Shown piece by piece: positions 1 through 7,809 of a DNA stretch of 64,000 nt. The stretch comes from Acidobacteriota bacterium (lineage in GTDB: Bacteria > Acidobacteriota > UBA4820 > DSQY01). A program made the position numbers and the translations under genes. Each line of letters starts with the position of its first letter. Position 1 is the first letter of the stretch. The stretch spans positions 99,298-163,297 of the forward strand of contig JAJYLT010000001.1 in assembly GCA_021787565.1 (NCBI GenBank), written 5' to 3'. Below the pieces are notes generated by a model. The model did not search any database. It was given only the letters and a program-made list of their open reading frames with translations, and had not been told where the DNA came from.

Positions 1-199
1 CCACGGGCCCCTCCACCGTCACCTCCAACAGGTAGTTGTGTCCGTGCCCGTTGAGGTTGGAGCAGAGGCCGAAAATCTCGCGGTTGCGGGCGAGGGACCA
101 TTCGGGCCGGTAGAGCCTGTGGGCGGCCGAGAAGTGGCTCTTGACGGTCAGCAGCGTCCGCATGACGACCTCCATCCGCGCAAAGTGAGCAAGAGACAT
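1..199 (-). CDS. queD: 6-carboxy-5,6,7,8-tetrahydropterin synthase QueD (partial; start codon ~197-199, 3' end beyond window start)
   Basis: Reverse-strand translation from ATG at 199 gives MSLAHFARMEVVMRTLLTVKSHFSAAHRLYRPEWSLARNREIFGLCSNLNGHGHNYLLEVTVEGP, matching the PTPS/QueD signature (AAHRL ... CNN.NGHGHNY). No stop inside the window, so it is absent from the ORF track. Confidence 0.55.
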   Translation of the reverse strand, partial: MSLAHFARMEVVMRTLLTVKSHFSAAHRLYRPEWSLARNREIFGLCSNLNGHGHNYLLEVTVEGPV

Positions 200-296
200 A
201 CCAACGGGCCTCCCTCGGGCTCTAGGTATTCTTCTCTTGTAACAAAGTCCGGAGGGTCAGGCAAGGCAGGGACGTTTCCCAAATTCCGCGATGCGG

Positions 297-372
297 GATT
301 CCCGCCGATGTGGGAGCCGTCGCCTGACGGCGACTTTCACTCATTCGCGATCTGGCGATCGCTCCCACAACC
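297..372. repeat. Palindromic REP-like element, family B (TGTGGGAGC ... GCTCCCACA with internal CGTCGCC/GGCGACG hairpin)
   Basis: Outer arms tgtgggagc / gctcccaca enclose an inner inverted repeat ccgtcgcctgacggcgac. Related copies occur at 19925-19990 and 56431-56470. Confidence 0.5.
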
Positions 373-532
373 TGCCGGCCGCCCCCCAGTCACCCCCTCG
401 CAGCATCGCGGGATTGGGGGGGGAGGCCCATGCCAGGTGCCTCCTCGGGTTCCCGCGTGCAACCTGGCCGCATCCTGGTTTCAAGGCCGCAACGCGGAGA
501 GGGCGGAAAGCCAGCGGTTGCGGGCTCGCGAC

Positions 533-549
533 CCTGGCACACCGTTTGC
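533..549 (+). promoter_or_regulatory. Putative sigma-54 (-24/-12) promoter upstream of the peroxiredoxin gene
   Basis: cTGGCACaccgtTTGCt. GG at 536-537 and GC at 548-549 are separated by exactly 10 nt, matching the TGGCAC-N5-TTGC consensus. It lies ~65 nt upstream of the ATG at 616, and a sigma-54 activator gene is present in the window (43383-44747). Confidence 0.3.
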
Positions 550-615
550 TTCCAGTCGGACGGGGGTGGTCCCCAGGTGTACCCATGGTCGCAGCGGCAA
601 CAAGGAGGAAATGAC

Positions 616-1203
616 ATGAGTCTGGTTGGACAAAAAGCGCCCGAATTTACGCTGGATGCGGTGGTCAACGGCGATTTCGCCCAGGTGAAGCTCTCGGACT
701 TCAAGGGCAAGTACGTGGTCCTCTTCTTCTACCCGCTCGACTACACCTTCGTCTGCCCCACCGAGATCGCGGCCTTCGCCGACCGCTACGAGGAGTTCCA
801 GAAGCTCGGGGCCGAGGTGCTGGCCGCATCGGTGGACAGCAAGTTCGTCCACCTGGCCTGGCAGAAGACGCCGCGCAAACAGGGCGGCCTCGGGGCCGTG
901 CCCTTCCCGCACCTCTCCGATCTGAACAAGAGCCTGGCGAGGGACTACGGCGTCCTGCTCGAACCCGCGGGCGTCGCCCTGCGGGGCCTCTTCGTGATCG
1001 ACGAGGAGGGCGTCGTCCAGCACGCCACCGTCAACCACCTGGGCGTGGGGCGCAACGTGGAGGAGACCCTGCGCACGCTTCAGGCCATTCAGACCGTCAA
1101 GAAGACGGGGGAGGTCTGCCCCGCCAACTGGAAGCCCGGCGGCGAAACCATGAAGGGCGACGTGAAGGGCTCCCTCGAGTACTTCGAGAAGCACTCCCAG
1201 TGA
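616..1203 (+). CDS. 2-Cys peroxiredoxin (AhpC/Tsa family)
   Basis: ATG at 616 preceded by the AGGAGG RBS (caaggaggaaatgacATG). The protein [13 protein letters not shown]...[17 protein letters not shown]...FVID carries the canonical peroxidatic-Cys motif FTFVCPTE and a resolving Cys near the C-terminus (GEVCPANW). The ORF track's upstream extension (430) is spurious. Confidence 0.85.
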   Translation: MSLVGQKAPEFTLDAVVNGDFAQVKLSDFKGKYVVLFFYPLDYTFVCPTEIAAFADRYEEFQKLGAEVLAASVDSKFVHLAWQKTPRKQGGLGAVPFPHLSDLNKSLARDYGVLLEPAGVALRGLFVIDEEGVVQHATVNHLGVGRNVEETLRTLQAIQTVKKTGEVCPANWKPGGETMKGDVKGSLEYFEKHSQ

Positions 1204-1430
1204 TCGAACGGGCGGGAGGGGAGTGCCCTTTCCGCCCGGCCAGATGAAGGATGATGGATGAAGGATGATGGATGATAGGCGGGGCTTTCTCCTCGATCCT
1301 CACTCTTAACGTCCCCGGCGCTGCCGAAGAGGGCGCAGCGGATTCGCGGGCTCTGGCATCGGCACCACTCCGGCAACGGGCTGGAATGACCGTTGCGACT
1401 AAGTTATGAGTTTCGAACCCAGAGAAGAGG

Positions 1431-2822
1431 CTATGAGCTCTTCAGGGAGGGAGGCTCGGCGATGATGGCGCCGGCCTCCTGGCGGAGCGTCCATCCGGGG
1501 GCCAGATCCAGGGTCCAGCCCTTTCCCACCAGGTGAAGGGGATGGTCCAGGCTTCCGGGGGTCACCACCTCCCGGCCGAGCGGCAGCCACAGCTCGTGCC
1601 AGTCGGGAGTCACCAGCACCGCGGCATCGGAGGTCAGGCTGCCGTCCGGCGACTGCCACGAGAAAGCCCCCGTATAACAGGTCCCCAGCTTGCCCATGGC
1701 GATCTGGCGGTTGGGGTCAAAGACGATGCGCATGTCGCGGGGGCAGATGCGCAGGGTAGCGCCGCCCGTGAACTGCTTCTGAAGCGCCTCCCGCTCCGCG
1801 CTCATACGGGCCCATCGCGCCTCCTCCTCCTTCTTGATCCCCTGGATGCCGAAGGAGACACCCATCTGATTGGCCCGCGAAGCCAGGGCGTCCTTCTCCC
1901 GGGGGGTGAGGTCGCCTCCGGCCAGGGCCCGCGAGACCAGCGCCTTAGCGCCCATGATCTGGTCCGCGGCGAGGAGCTGGAGATCCGGCGCCGGCATGAG
2001 GAGGAGGCTCTGCCGCCAGCCCTTGGCCAGATCGTCCATGAGCAGGCCGTAGGCCGGCCCCGTCATGTAGGCGAAGCTCCTGACGTAGGACTGGCTCGTA
2101 TGCAGCCGACCGCGGATCGTGGCGGCCAGGTCGGCGTAGGGGTCCTCGCGTGGAGGCAGCTTCCAGGCCATGTACTCGGCGATTCCCTCACGCACGTCGA
2201 GAACCCGTTCCCACTGGCGCTCGTCGGGTTGGGCGATCTGGTAGCGCTGGGCCCGGAAGGTGAGGGCGGCCTCGAAATCCTCCAGGCGCTGCTCTCCCGC
2301 GCAGTCGAGGCCGCGGGCGAGGGCCTCCACCTCCAGCCGGAGCCACAGGCGCCCCTCGGGCTTGTCCAGCGCTTCGGTCGGCTCTCCCTGCGCGAGCGAG
2401 GAGGGGAGCACTCTGTCCTCCACGCTCTGCCAACCTTCTCGAACCAGCAGTCCGAGCGCCTGGGCCTCCTGGTGGGGAAAGTCGGATACCAGAATCATGG
2501 CCCACATCTTGCCGGCGAATTGGGTGGCGGTGGTGGCCACGGCCAGGGACCGGGGTCGGGGTCCCACCCACAGCCCCTTCGTGGTTCGAAATCCCGGGAG
2601 GTTGGGATCTTCGGTGAGAATAAGGTCATTCCTTTCCACGGCCATCCAGCGGATGGCGGGCAGGGGCCGGCCCCAGAGCGCGCTTCCCTGCTTGTTGTAG
2701 AGGCTAAACGCCTCTCGCGTCAGGTCCCTGAAGTTGGAGAGGAACATCTGGGCCGACGGATCTCTGGGCCACAGGAGCGAGGCCCACAGCAGCCCGAGCA
2801 CGACGAGAGCCGCTCGCTTCAA
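1431..2822 (-). CDS. Hypothetical exported protein (N-terminal signal peptide), function unknown
   Basis: 463-aa ORF with signal peptide MKRAALVVLGLLWASLLWPRDPSAQ and no recognisable catalytic motif. Confidence 0.45.
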   Translation of the reverse strand: MKRAALVVLGLLWASLLWPRDPSAQMFLSNFRDLTREAFSLYNKQGSALWGRPLPAIRWMAVERNDLILTEDPNLPGFRTTKGLWVGPRPRSLAVATTATQFAGKMWAMILVSDFPHQEAQALGLLVREGWQSVEDRVLPSSLAQGEPTEALDKPEGRLWLRLEVEALARGLDCAGEQRLEDFEAALTFRAQRYQIAQPDERQWERVLDVREGIAEYMAWKLPPREDPYADLAATIRGRLHTSQSYVRSFAYMTGPAYGLLMDDLAKGWRQSLLLMPAPDLQLLAADQIMGAKALVSRALAGGDLTPREKDALASRANQMGVSFGIQGIKKEEEARWARMSAEREALQKQFTGGATLRICPRDMRIVFDPNRQIAMGKLGTCYTGAFSWQSPDGSLTSDAAVLVTPDWHELWLPLGREVVTPGSLDHPLHLVGKGWTLDLAPGWTLRQEAGAIIAEPPSLKSS

Positions 2823-3030
2823 GCCAATCCCCTCCGGATCCGCGGCCCCGTCTTGGAAAGGACCCGGGCTCTACGCCCGGTGGCCCCGGTCCAGGCGGCC
2901 CGTGACCCACCGGAAGACCAGCAGGGCCGCAAAGGCCGCGAATCCAATCCCGGCGAAGGTATACCACAGATAGGGGGCGTGCGCATAGGCCCGGGCGGAG
3001 GTGAGGTGAGGTGAGAGTTGCACGTGGGAG

Positions 3031-3122
3031 GATTCCGGACAAGCCGGAATGACGCTGATGGGAAGGATTCCGGACAAGCTGAAATCCTGGCAAGCGAAGC
3101 GCGTCCAGGACCTAGAATGACG
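3031..3122. repeat. REP-like element, family A (GATTCCGGACAAGCCGGAATGAC / GTCATTCTGGCGAGCGAAGCG.GTCCAG palindromic units), two adjacent units
   Basis: gattccggacaagccggaatgacg followed by ggattccggacaagctgaaatcctggcaagcgaagcgcgtccaggacctagaatgac. The same units occur at 9699-9862, 16552-16592 and 41420-41476. Confidence 0.5.
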
Positions 3123-3165
3123 GACTGGGCGCAGGGCGCAGATCGAAGGCCGCTCCCCTATGCCG

Positions 3166-5382
3166 TCATTCGGGACGCTTCGAGGTGTCCGCCAACGGCA
3201 GTGTGACCGTGAACGTGGCTCCGGGCGGTGGGTCGTTGTTGTGGCCCTCCACCGTTCCGCCGTGGGCGGTGACGATCTGCCGGACGATGGCGAGCCCGAG
3301 CCCCGTCCCCCCTTTCCGCCGGGTCTGGAACGGCGCGAAGAGAGTAGGGAAGAGATCGGCGGGGATCCCCGGCCCCATGTCCGAGAACTCCACGCAGGCC
3401 GTGGGCCCCTCGCGCCACGCCCGTACCCGGACCAAGCCTCCGTGCGGCGTGAAGGAGAGGGCGTTCTGTCCCAGGTTGGCGAAGGCCTGCTGGAGCTTTT
3501 GGGAGGTGCCGAGAACGGGCAGGGGGTCGCCGCCCAATTCCATCACGCACGCCGTCGTGTCCATGCCTCCCGCCCTGACGAGGGCCTTGGTCTCCGACAG
3601 CACGTCGCGAAGGTCCAGGGCGACGAACTCCTGCGGGTCGATGGGACGGCCCAGGGTGAGCAGGTCGTTCATGAGCACGTTCAGCCTATTCGACTGGTCC
3701 TTGATGTGCGCGGTATACTCGGCGAACTCCGGCTGGTCCGAGAGCTTCCTTTCGAGGGCCGTCACGATCGTCGTGATCGCAAAGAGGGGGTTGCGGACCT
3801 CGTGGGCTACGCCGCCGGCGATCATGCCCACGGTCTCCAGGTTCTTGGCTTGTTCCAGCTTTCGCTGCAGCTCGATCTCCCGGGTCACGTCGCGCTTGGC
3901 CGCCACGAAGCCCGTGATGGCCCCGGAGTCGTCGCGCACGGGGGAGATGATCGAATGCTCGGTGAAGAGGCTGCCGTCCTTTCGGCGGTTCGTCATCTGT
4001 CCCGACCAGGGGTACCCGGAGAGTATCGTGCCCCACATCCGCTCGTAGAAGGCCCGGTCGTGGAGGCCGCTCTTGAGGATCCGCGGATTCTGGCCCACGA
4101 CCTCCTCCCGCGAGTATCCCGTGATGCGCTCGAAGGCGGGATTCACGTAGAGGATCGTCCCCCGAGCGTCGGTCATCACGATGCTCTCGTGGCCCTGCTC
4201 GATGGCCGTGGCCAGCCGGCCGCGCTCCGCTTCCGCGCGCCTCTGCTCGGTGATGTCGATGGCCGTCCCCTCCAGGACCTCCTGGCCGGTCTTCTCCTCC
4301 CGGACCAGGGAGACGTTTTCCAGGATCCAGACGGGGGAGCCGTCCTTCCGCCGGCCCTCGGAGACGAGGTTCTTCACGGCCCCTTCACGCCTGATGCGTT
4401 CGGCGAAAAGGTCCCGAGCCTCGGGAGTCGGGTAGCGCCCTTGGGAGGGGTGCGCAAAGAGCTCTTCGCGCGAGGAGTAACCAAAGATGGCGGCGAAGGC
4501 CTCGTTGCAATCCAGCACGCGTCCATCGATCGTGGAGCGGAAGACGCCCGCGAGGTTGCGCTCGACGAGGAGCCGGTAGCGCTCCTGGGTCTCCCGCAGC
4601 GCCTTCTCGGCCCGTTTGCGCTCGGTGATGTCGCGGATGTTGCACTGGATCACCTGCCTGCCGTTTACCGCGTAGACGTTGCTGACGAACTCGACCTCCC
4701 TCCTGCTACCGTCCTTCGCCTGCAGCGGCATGTCCTCGTACCGGACGTATTTTTTCTCAAGGAGCTCGGCGAAGGCCGCTTTGGATGGAACCACGTCCCC
4801 GAGAAAGCCCAGATCCCAGATGCTCCGGCCAACCACTTCGTGGGCCGAGTAGCCGAGGATCTTCAGGATGAAAGGGTTGGCGTCGACGACGAGCCCCGTC
4901 TCCCCATCGAGGATGAGAATGCCGTCCTTGGCCGCTTCGAACAGCCGCCTGTAGCGTATCTCCGAGGCCCGCATCGCGGCCACGGCCTCGTGCCTTTCCC
5001 TCTGGAGCCTGCGCTTCTCCATCGCGCCCCGAATGGCGGGCGCCAGACGGGCCAGGCGGTCCTTCAGGACGTAGTCGTCGGCGCCGGCCTTGATGCACTC
5101 CACGGCGGTCTCCTCGTTGAGGGAGCCGGTGATGATGATGAAGGGAATATTGGGCGCGTGATCGCCCGCGAGGCGAAGCGCCGACATGCCGTCGAACCGG
5201 GGCAGGCTGTAGTCGGAGAGGATGACATCGGGGCCGAACTCCCCGAGTGCGGCCAGGAAGGCCTCCCGCGTCTCGACGCGCTTGGAGGTGAAGTCGATGC
5301 CGGATTTCCGGATCTCCCGCTCCACCAGGGCCGCGTCCGTATGTAGGTCTTCCACCAGGAGAATGCGCAGGGGCTGGCTCAT
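3166..5382 (-). CDS. Hybrid sensor histidine kinase (N-terminal REC domain, multiple PAS domains, HisKA, HATPase_c)
   Basis: N-terminus MSQPLRILLVEDLHTDAALVEREIRK...LSDYSLPRFDG is a REC domain. Repeated PAS-like segments follow, then an H-box (HEVRNPLFAI) and a G-box (GTGLGLAIVRQIVTAHGGTV). The C-terminus NDPPPGATFTVTLPLA is shared with the kinase at 9926-13516. Confidence 0.85.
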   Translation of the reverse strand: MSQPLRILLVEDLHTDAALVEREIRKSGIDFTSKRVETREAFLAALGEFGPDVILSDYSLPRFDGMSALRLAGDHAPNIPFIIITGSLNEETAVECIKAGADDYVLKDRLARLAPAIRGAMEKRRLQRERHEAVAAMRASEIRYRRLFEAAKDGILILDGETGLVVDANPFILKILGYSAHEVVGRSIWDLGFLGDVVPSKAAFAELLEKKYVRYEDMPLQAKDGSRREVEFVSNVYAVNGRQVIQCNIRDITERKRAEKALRETQERYRLLVERNLAGVFRSTIDGRVLDCNEAFAAIFGYSSREELFAHPSQGRYPTPEARDLFAERIRREGAVKNLVSEGRRKDGSPVWILENVSLVREEKTGQEVLEGTAIDITEQRRAEAERGRLATAIEQGHESIVMTDARGTILYVNPAFERITGYSREEVVGQNPRILKSGLHDRAFYERMWGTILSGYPWSGQMTNRRKDGSLFTEHSIISPVRDDSGAITGFVAAKRDVTREIELQRKLEQAKNLETVGMIAGGVAHEVRNPLFAITTIVTALERKLSDQPEFAEYTAHIKDQSNRLNVLMNDLLTLGRPIDPQEFVALDLRDVLSETKALVRAGGMDTTACVMELGGDPLPVLGTSQKLQQAFANLGQNALSFTPHGGLVRVRAWREGPTACVEFSDMGPGIPADLFPTLFAPFQTRRKGGTGLGLAIVRQIVTAHGGTVEGHNNDPPPGATFTVTLPLADTSKRPE

Positions 5383-5462
5383 GGCTTTCTCCTACGCTGC
5401 CCGGCCTCGCGGGTCCGCAAAGGCGCCGTCCCGGGACGCGGCGTTTTACCGGGGCGGCTGAT

Positions 5463-5906
5463 TCAACAGGAGCCAGTAGAGGCCCAGGTGAGAGACGGCC
5501 TCCACGAACCGCTCGAAGTCCACCGGCTTGACGACGTAGCTGTGACCCCCAGGCGATAGCTCTCGACCAGGTCCCTCTCCTCCCGGGATGAGGTGAGGAC
5601 CACGACGGGAATGATCATGGTGCGCTCGTCTCCCTTCACGCGGCGGAGCACCTCAAGCCCGTCCACCTTGGGGAGCTTGAGGTCCAGGAGGATGACCTTG
5701 GGTATTTGGGAGGTATCGCGTCCCGCGTAAGCTCCCTCGCCGAAGAGGAAGTCCAACGCCTCGGCGCCGTCTCCCACCGAAAAGACGGGATTGACGATGT
5801 TGCCCTTCTTGAGCGCCCTGAGGGTCAGCTCCAGGTCGTTGGGGTTGTCCTCGACGATCAGAATGTCGACGGCTTCACGTCCCTTCATCGTTCTCTCCAT
5901 GGGCAT
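5463..5906 (-). CDS. Response regulator receiver protein (single REC domain); C-terminus disrupted by a -1 frameshift at a C5/G5 run (5546-5550)
   Basis: [20 protein letters not shown]...[20 protein letters not shown]...IPVVVLTSS is a REC domain. After ...SYRLG the frame yields low-complexity [12 protein letters not shown]. Adding one G restores [34 protein letters not shown], which ends at a TAA at 5446-5448. Confidence 0.7.
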   Translation of the reverse strand: MPMERTMKGREAVDILIVEDNPNDLELTLRALKKGNIVNPVFSVGDGAEALDFLFGEGAYAGRDTSQIPKVILLDLKLPKVDGLEVLRRVKGDERTMIIPVVVLTSSREERDLVESYRLGVTATSSSRWTSSGSWRPSLTWASTGSC

Positions 5907-7809
5907 CCGGCAGGCTGAAGGAGAAAATCGCCCCTTCCCCCGGCCGGCTCTCGGCCCAGACCCGCCCGCCGTGGCGGGCGACGATGCGCTTGACGATCGC
6001 CAGCCCCACGCCCGTGCCCGGGAATTCCCCGGGGCCGTGCAGGCGCTGGAAGACCCCGAACAGCTTGTGAGCGTACCGCCCGTCGAAGCCCACGCCGTTG
6101 TCTCTCACCCAGTATACAGCCTCCGCGCCGTCCCGTCGCCCTCCCACCTCGATGACCACCGGGTCGCGGCCCGCCGAGAACTTGAGCGCGTTGCTCATGA
6201 GGTTGACCCACACCTGCTTGAGGAGGGCCGGGTCTCCGGACGCATCCTCCAGGGGCGCCAGGCGGAAGGTGACGCCGGGGCGGGGCTGGGCGCCGGCGAG
6301 CCCCTCGAAGGCCAGACGCGCCAGCGCCGTCATGTCCACCGGTCCCCGCCGAAGCTCGTGGCGCCCCGCGCGGGAGAAGTCCAGCAAATCGTCGATGAGC
6401 TGGCCCATCTGCTGGGTGCTGGAGCGGATGATGCGCAGCAGGCGCCGTCCCTCGTCATCGAGCCGCTCCCCGTAGTCCTCATCCACCGCCCGCGAAAAGC
6501 CGTCGATGGCCCTGAGGGGCGCCCGCAGGTCGTGGGAGACGGAGTAGGAGAAGGACTCGAGCTCCTTGTTGGCCGCCTCGAGCTCCGCCGCCTCCTCGAC
6601 CAGGCGCTCGTTCAGGGATCGGATCTCCTCCTCGATCCTCTTTCGTTCGGTGATGTCGCGGATGATACCCACCAGAGTCTTCTCCCGGGTCTCGGGGTCG
6701 CGAAAGACCGACTTCTTGGTGGAGATCACGTTGCGCCGGCCGCTGGCATCCGTCAGCGACTCCTCATTGACGTTCTCGGCCCCCGTGGCGAAGACCTCGC
6801 TGTCCTTCTCCCAGAAGACTTGCGCCTCTTCCTCCGGGAAGAAGTCGAAGTCCGACCGGCCGAGCAGATCCTCCATCGAGTGGCCGATGAACCGGCAGAA
6901 GGCGTCGTTGAGGATGGTCCATCGGTGCTCCGCGTCCTTCACGAACACCGGGTCCGGCAGGGCGTTGATCACGTGCGCGAGGAACTCCTTCTGGCTGTTG
7001 AGCTGGGCGGTGCGCTCGGCCACGCGCCGCTCCAGCTCCTCGTAGAGCTGCACGTTCTCGATGGCCCGCGCGGCGGCGTCGGCGAGGGTTTGCAGGATGG
7101 CCACCTCGTCCTGCGTGGGCAGCCTCTTCTCGGCCCAGTATCCGCCGATGGCGCCGATGGGCTCCTCCCGCCGGATGGGCACCATGGCGAGGCTCCTGAC
7201 GAAGGTGGGACGGTAGGCGTCGTGAGGGATTCGCTCATCGGCGTAGATGTCCTCGATGACAGCGGGTTCGCGGTGGAGCATGGTCCAGCCGCTGATGCAC
7301 GCCTCCAACGGGAAGCGCATGCCCTTCCAGAGCGGACCGATGGCGTCCTCCTCCACGTAGTGGCACTGGTCCCCGTCCCTCAGCACGAAGGTCACGCCGT
7401 CGGCCCCCACCAACCTCCGGGCCGTCCGGCGGACCACCTCCGTCACGTCCGAAAGGCCCCTGGCCGCAGCCAGCTCCTGGACGACCCGCGCGAGGTCCCT
7501 CAGCCGCTCGTTGAGAAGGCGGACCTCCTCCTCGATGCGGACCCTCTCGGTCACGTCCAGCGCGATGCCGCCGAGAAGAAGACCGTCCGGCGTGGGGATG
7601 GGAAACTTGACGGAGTCGAAGAGCCGGGGCCTGCCGCCGACATCCAGCGCCTCCCGCCAGGTCGCCGGCTCCGCGCGCAAGAGAGTGTCGGCGTCGTTGG
7701 CGCGGATGCTGCCGCCCTGCGTGGCGCCGTAAAGAGCCTCGGGGGGTTTGCTCAGGAGCTCGGGATAGGGCTTGCCTAGGGCGCTGGCCAGGCAATGGTT
7801 AACGTACAC
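5875..7809 (-). CDS. Sensor histidine kinase, C-terminal part (PAS, GAF, HisKA, HATPase_c) of a gene split by a frameshift near 7800
   Basis: GAF/PAS region, H-box [18 protein letters not shown] and HATPase_c region [24 protein letters not shown]. The M called at 7809 is a GTG inside a PAS motif (..[13 protein letters not shown]). Confidence 0.7.
   Translation of the reverse strand: MYVNHCLASALGKPYPELLSKPPEALYGATQGGSIRANDADTLLRAEPATWREALDVGGRPRLFDSVKFPIPTPDGLLLGGIALDVTERVRIEEEVRLLNERLRDLARVVQELAAARGLSDVTEVVRRTARRLVGADGVTFVLRDGDQCHYVEEDAIGPLWKGMRFPLEACISGWTMLHREPAVIEDIYADERIPHDAYRPTFVRSLAMVPIRREEPIGAIGGYWAEKRLPTQDEVAILQTLADAAARAIENVQLYEELERRVAERTAQLNSQKEFLAHVINALPDPVFVKDAEHRWTILNDAFCRFIGHSMEDLLGRSDFDFFPEEEAQVFWEKDSEVFATGAENVNEESLTDASGRRNVISTKKSVFRDPETREKTLVGIIRDITERKRIEEEIRSLNERLVEEAAELEAANKELESFSYSVSHDLRAPLRAIDGFSRAVDEDYGERLDDEGRRLLRIIRSSTQQMGQLIDDLLDFSRAGRHELRRGPVDMTALARLAFEGLAGAQPRPGVTFRLAPLEDASGDPALLKQVWVNLMSNALKFSAGRDPVVIEVGGRRDGAEAVYWVRDNGVGFDGRYAHKLFGVFQRLHGPGEFPGTGVGLAIVKRIVARHGGRVWAESRPGEGAIFSFSLPDAHGENDEGT

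Noticed and set aside
38-619. 193-aa ORF upstream of the peroxiredoxin
   Set aside because: It reads through a REP element and the queD start region in a nonsense frame. The real genes are queD (minus strand, 1-199) and prx (616-1203).
2871-3077. 68-aa minus-strand ORF with a hydrophobic C-terminus (YLWYTFAGIGFAAFAALLVFRW)
   Set aside because: Its N-terminal third is the antisense of a REP element, and there is no ATG after the REP. It could be a small membrane protein with a non-ATG start, but support is too weak to call.
3160-5346. 728-aa plus-strand ORF antisense to the hybrid histidine kinase (and similar antisense ORFs 5791-7779, 1533-3014, 39175-41496, 32401-34713, 23617-24423, 24686-26515)
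   Set aside because: Their composition (Arg/Gly/Pro/Ala-rich, no motifs) and complete overlap with strongly supported genes on the other strand mark them as GC-driven spurious ORFs.
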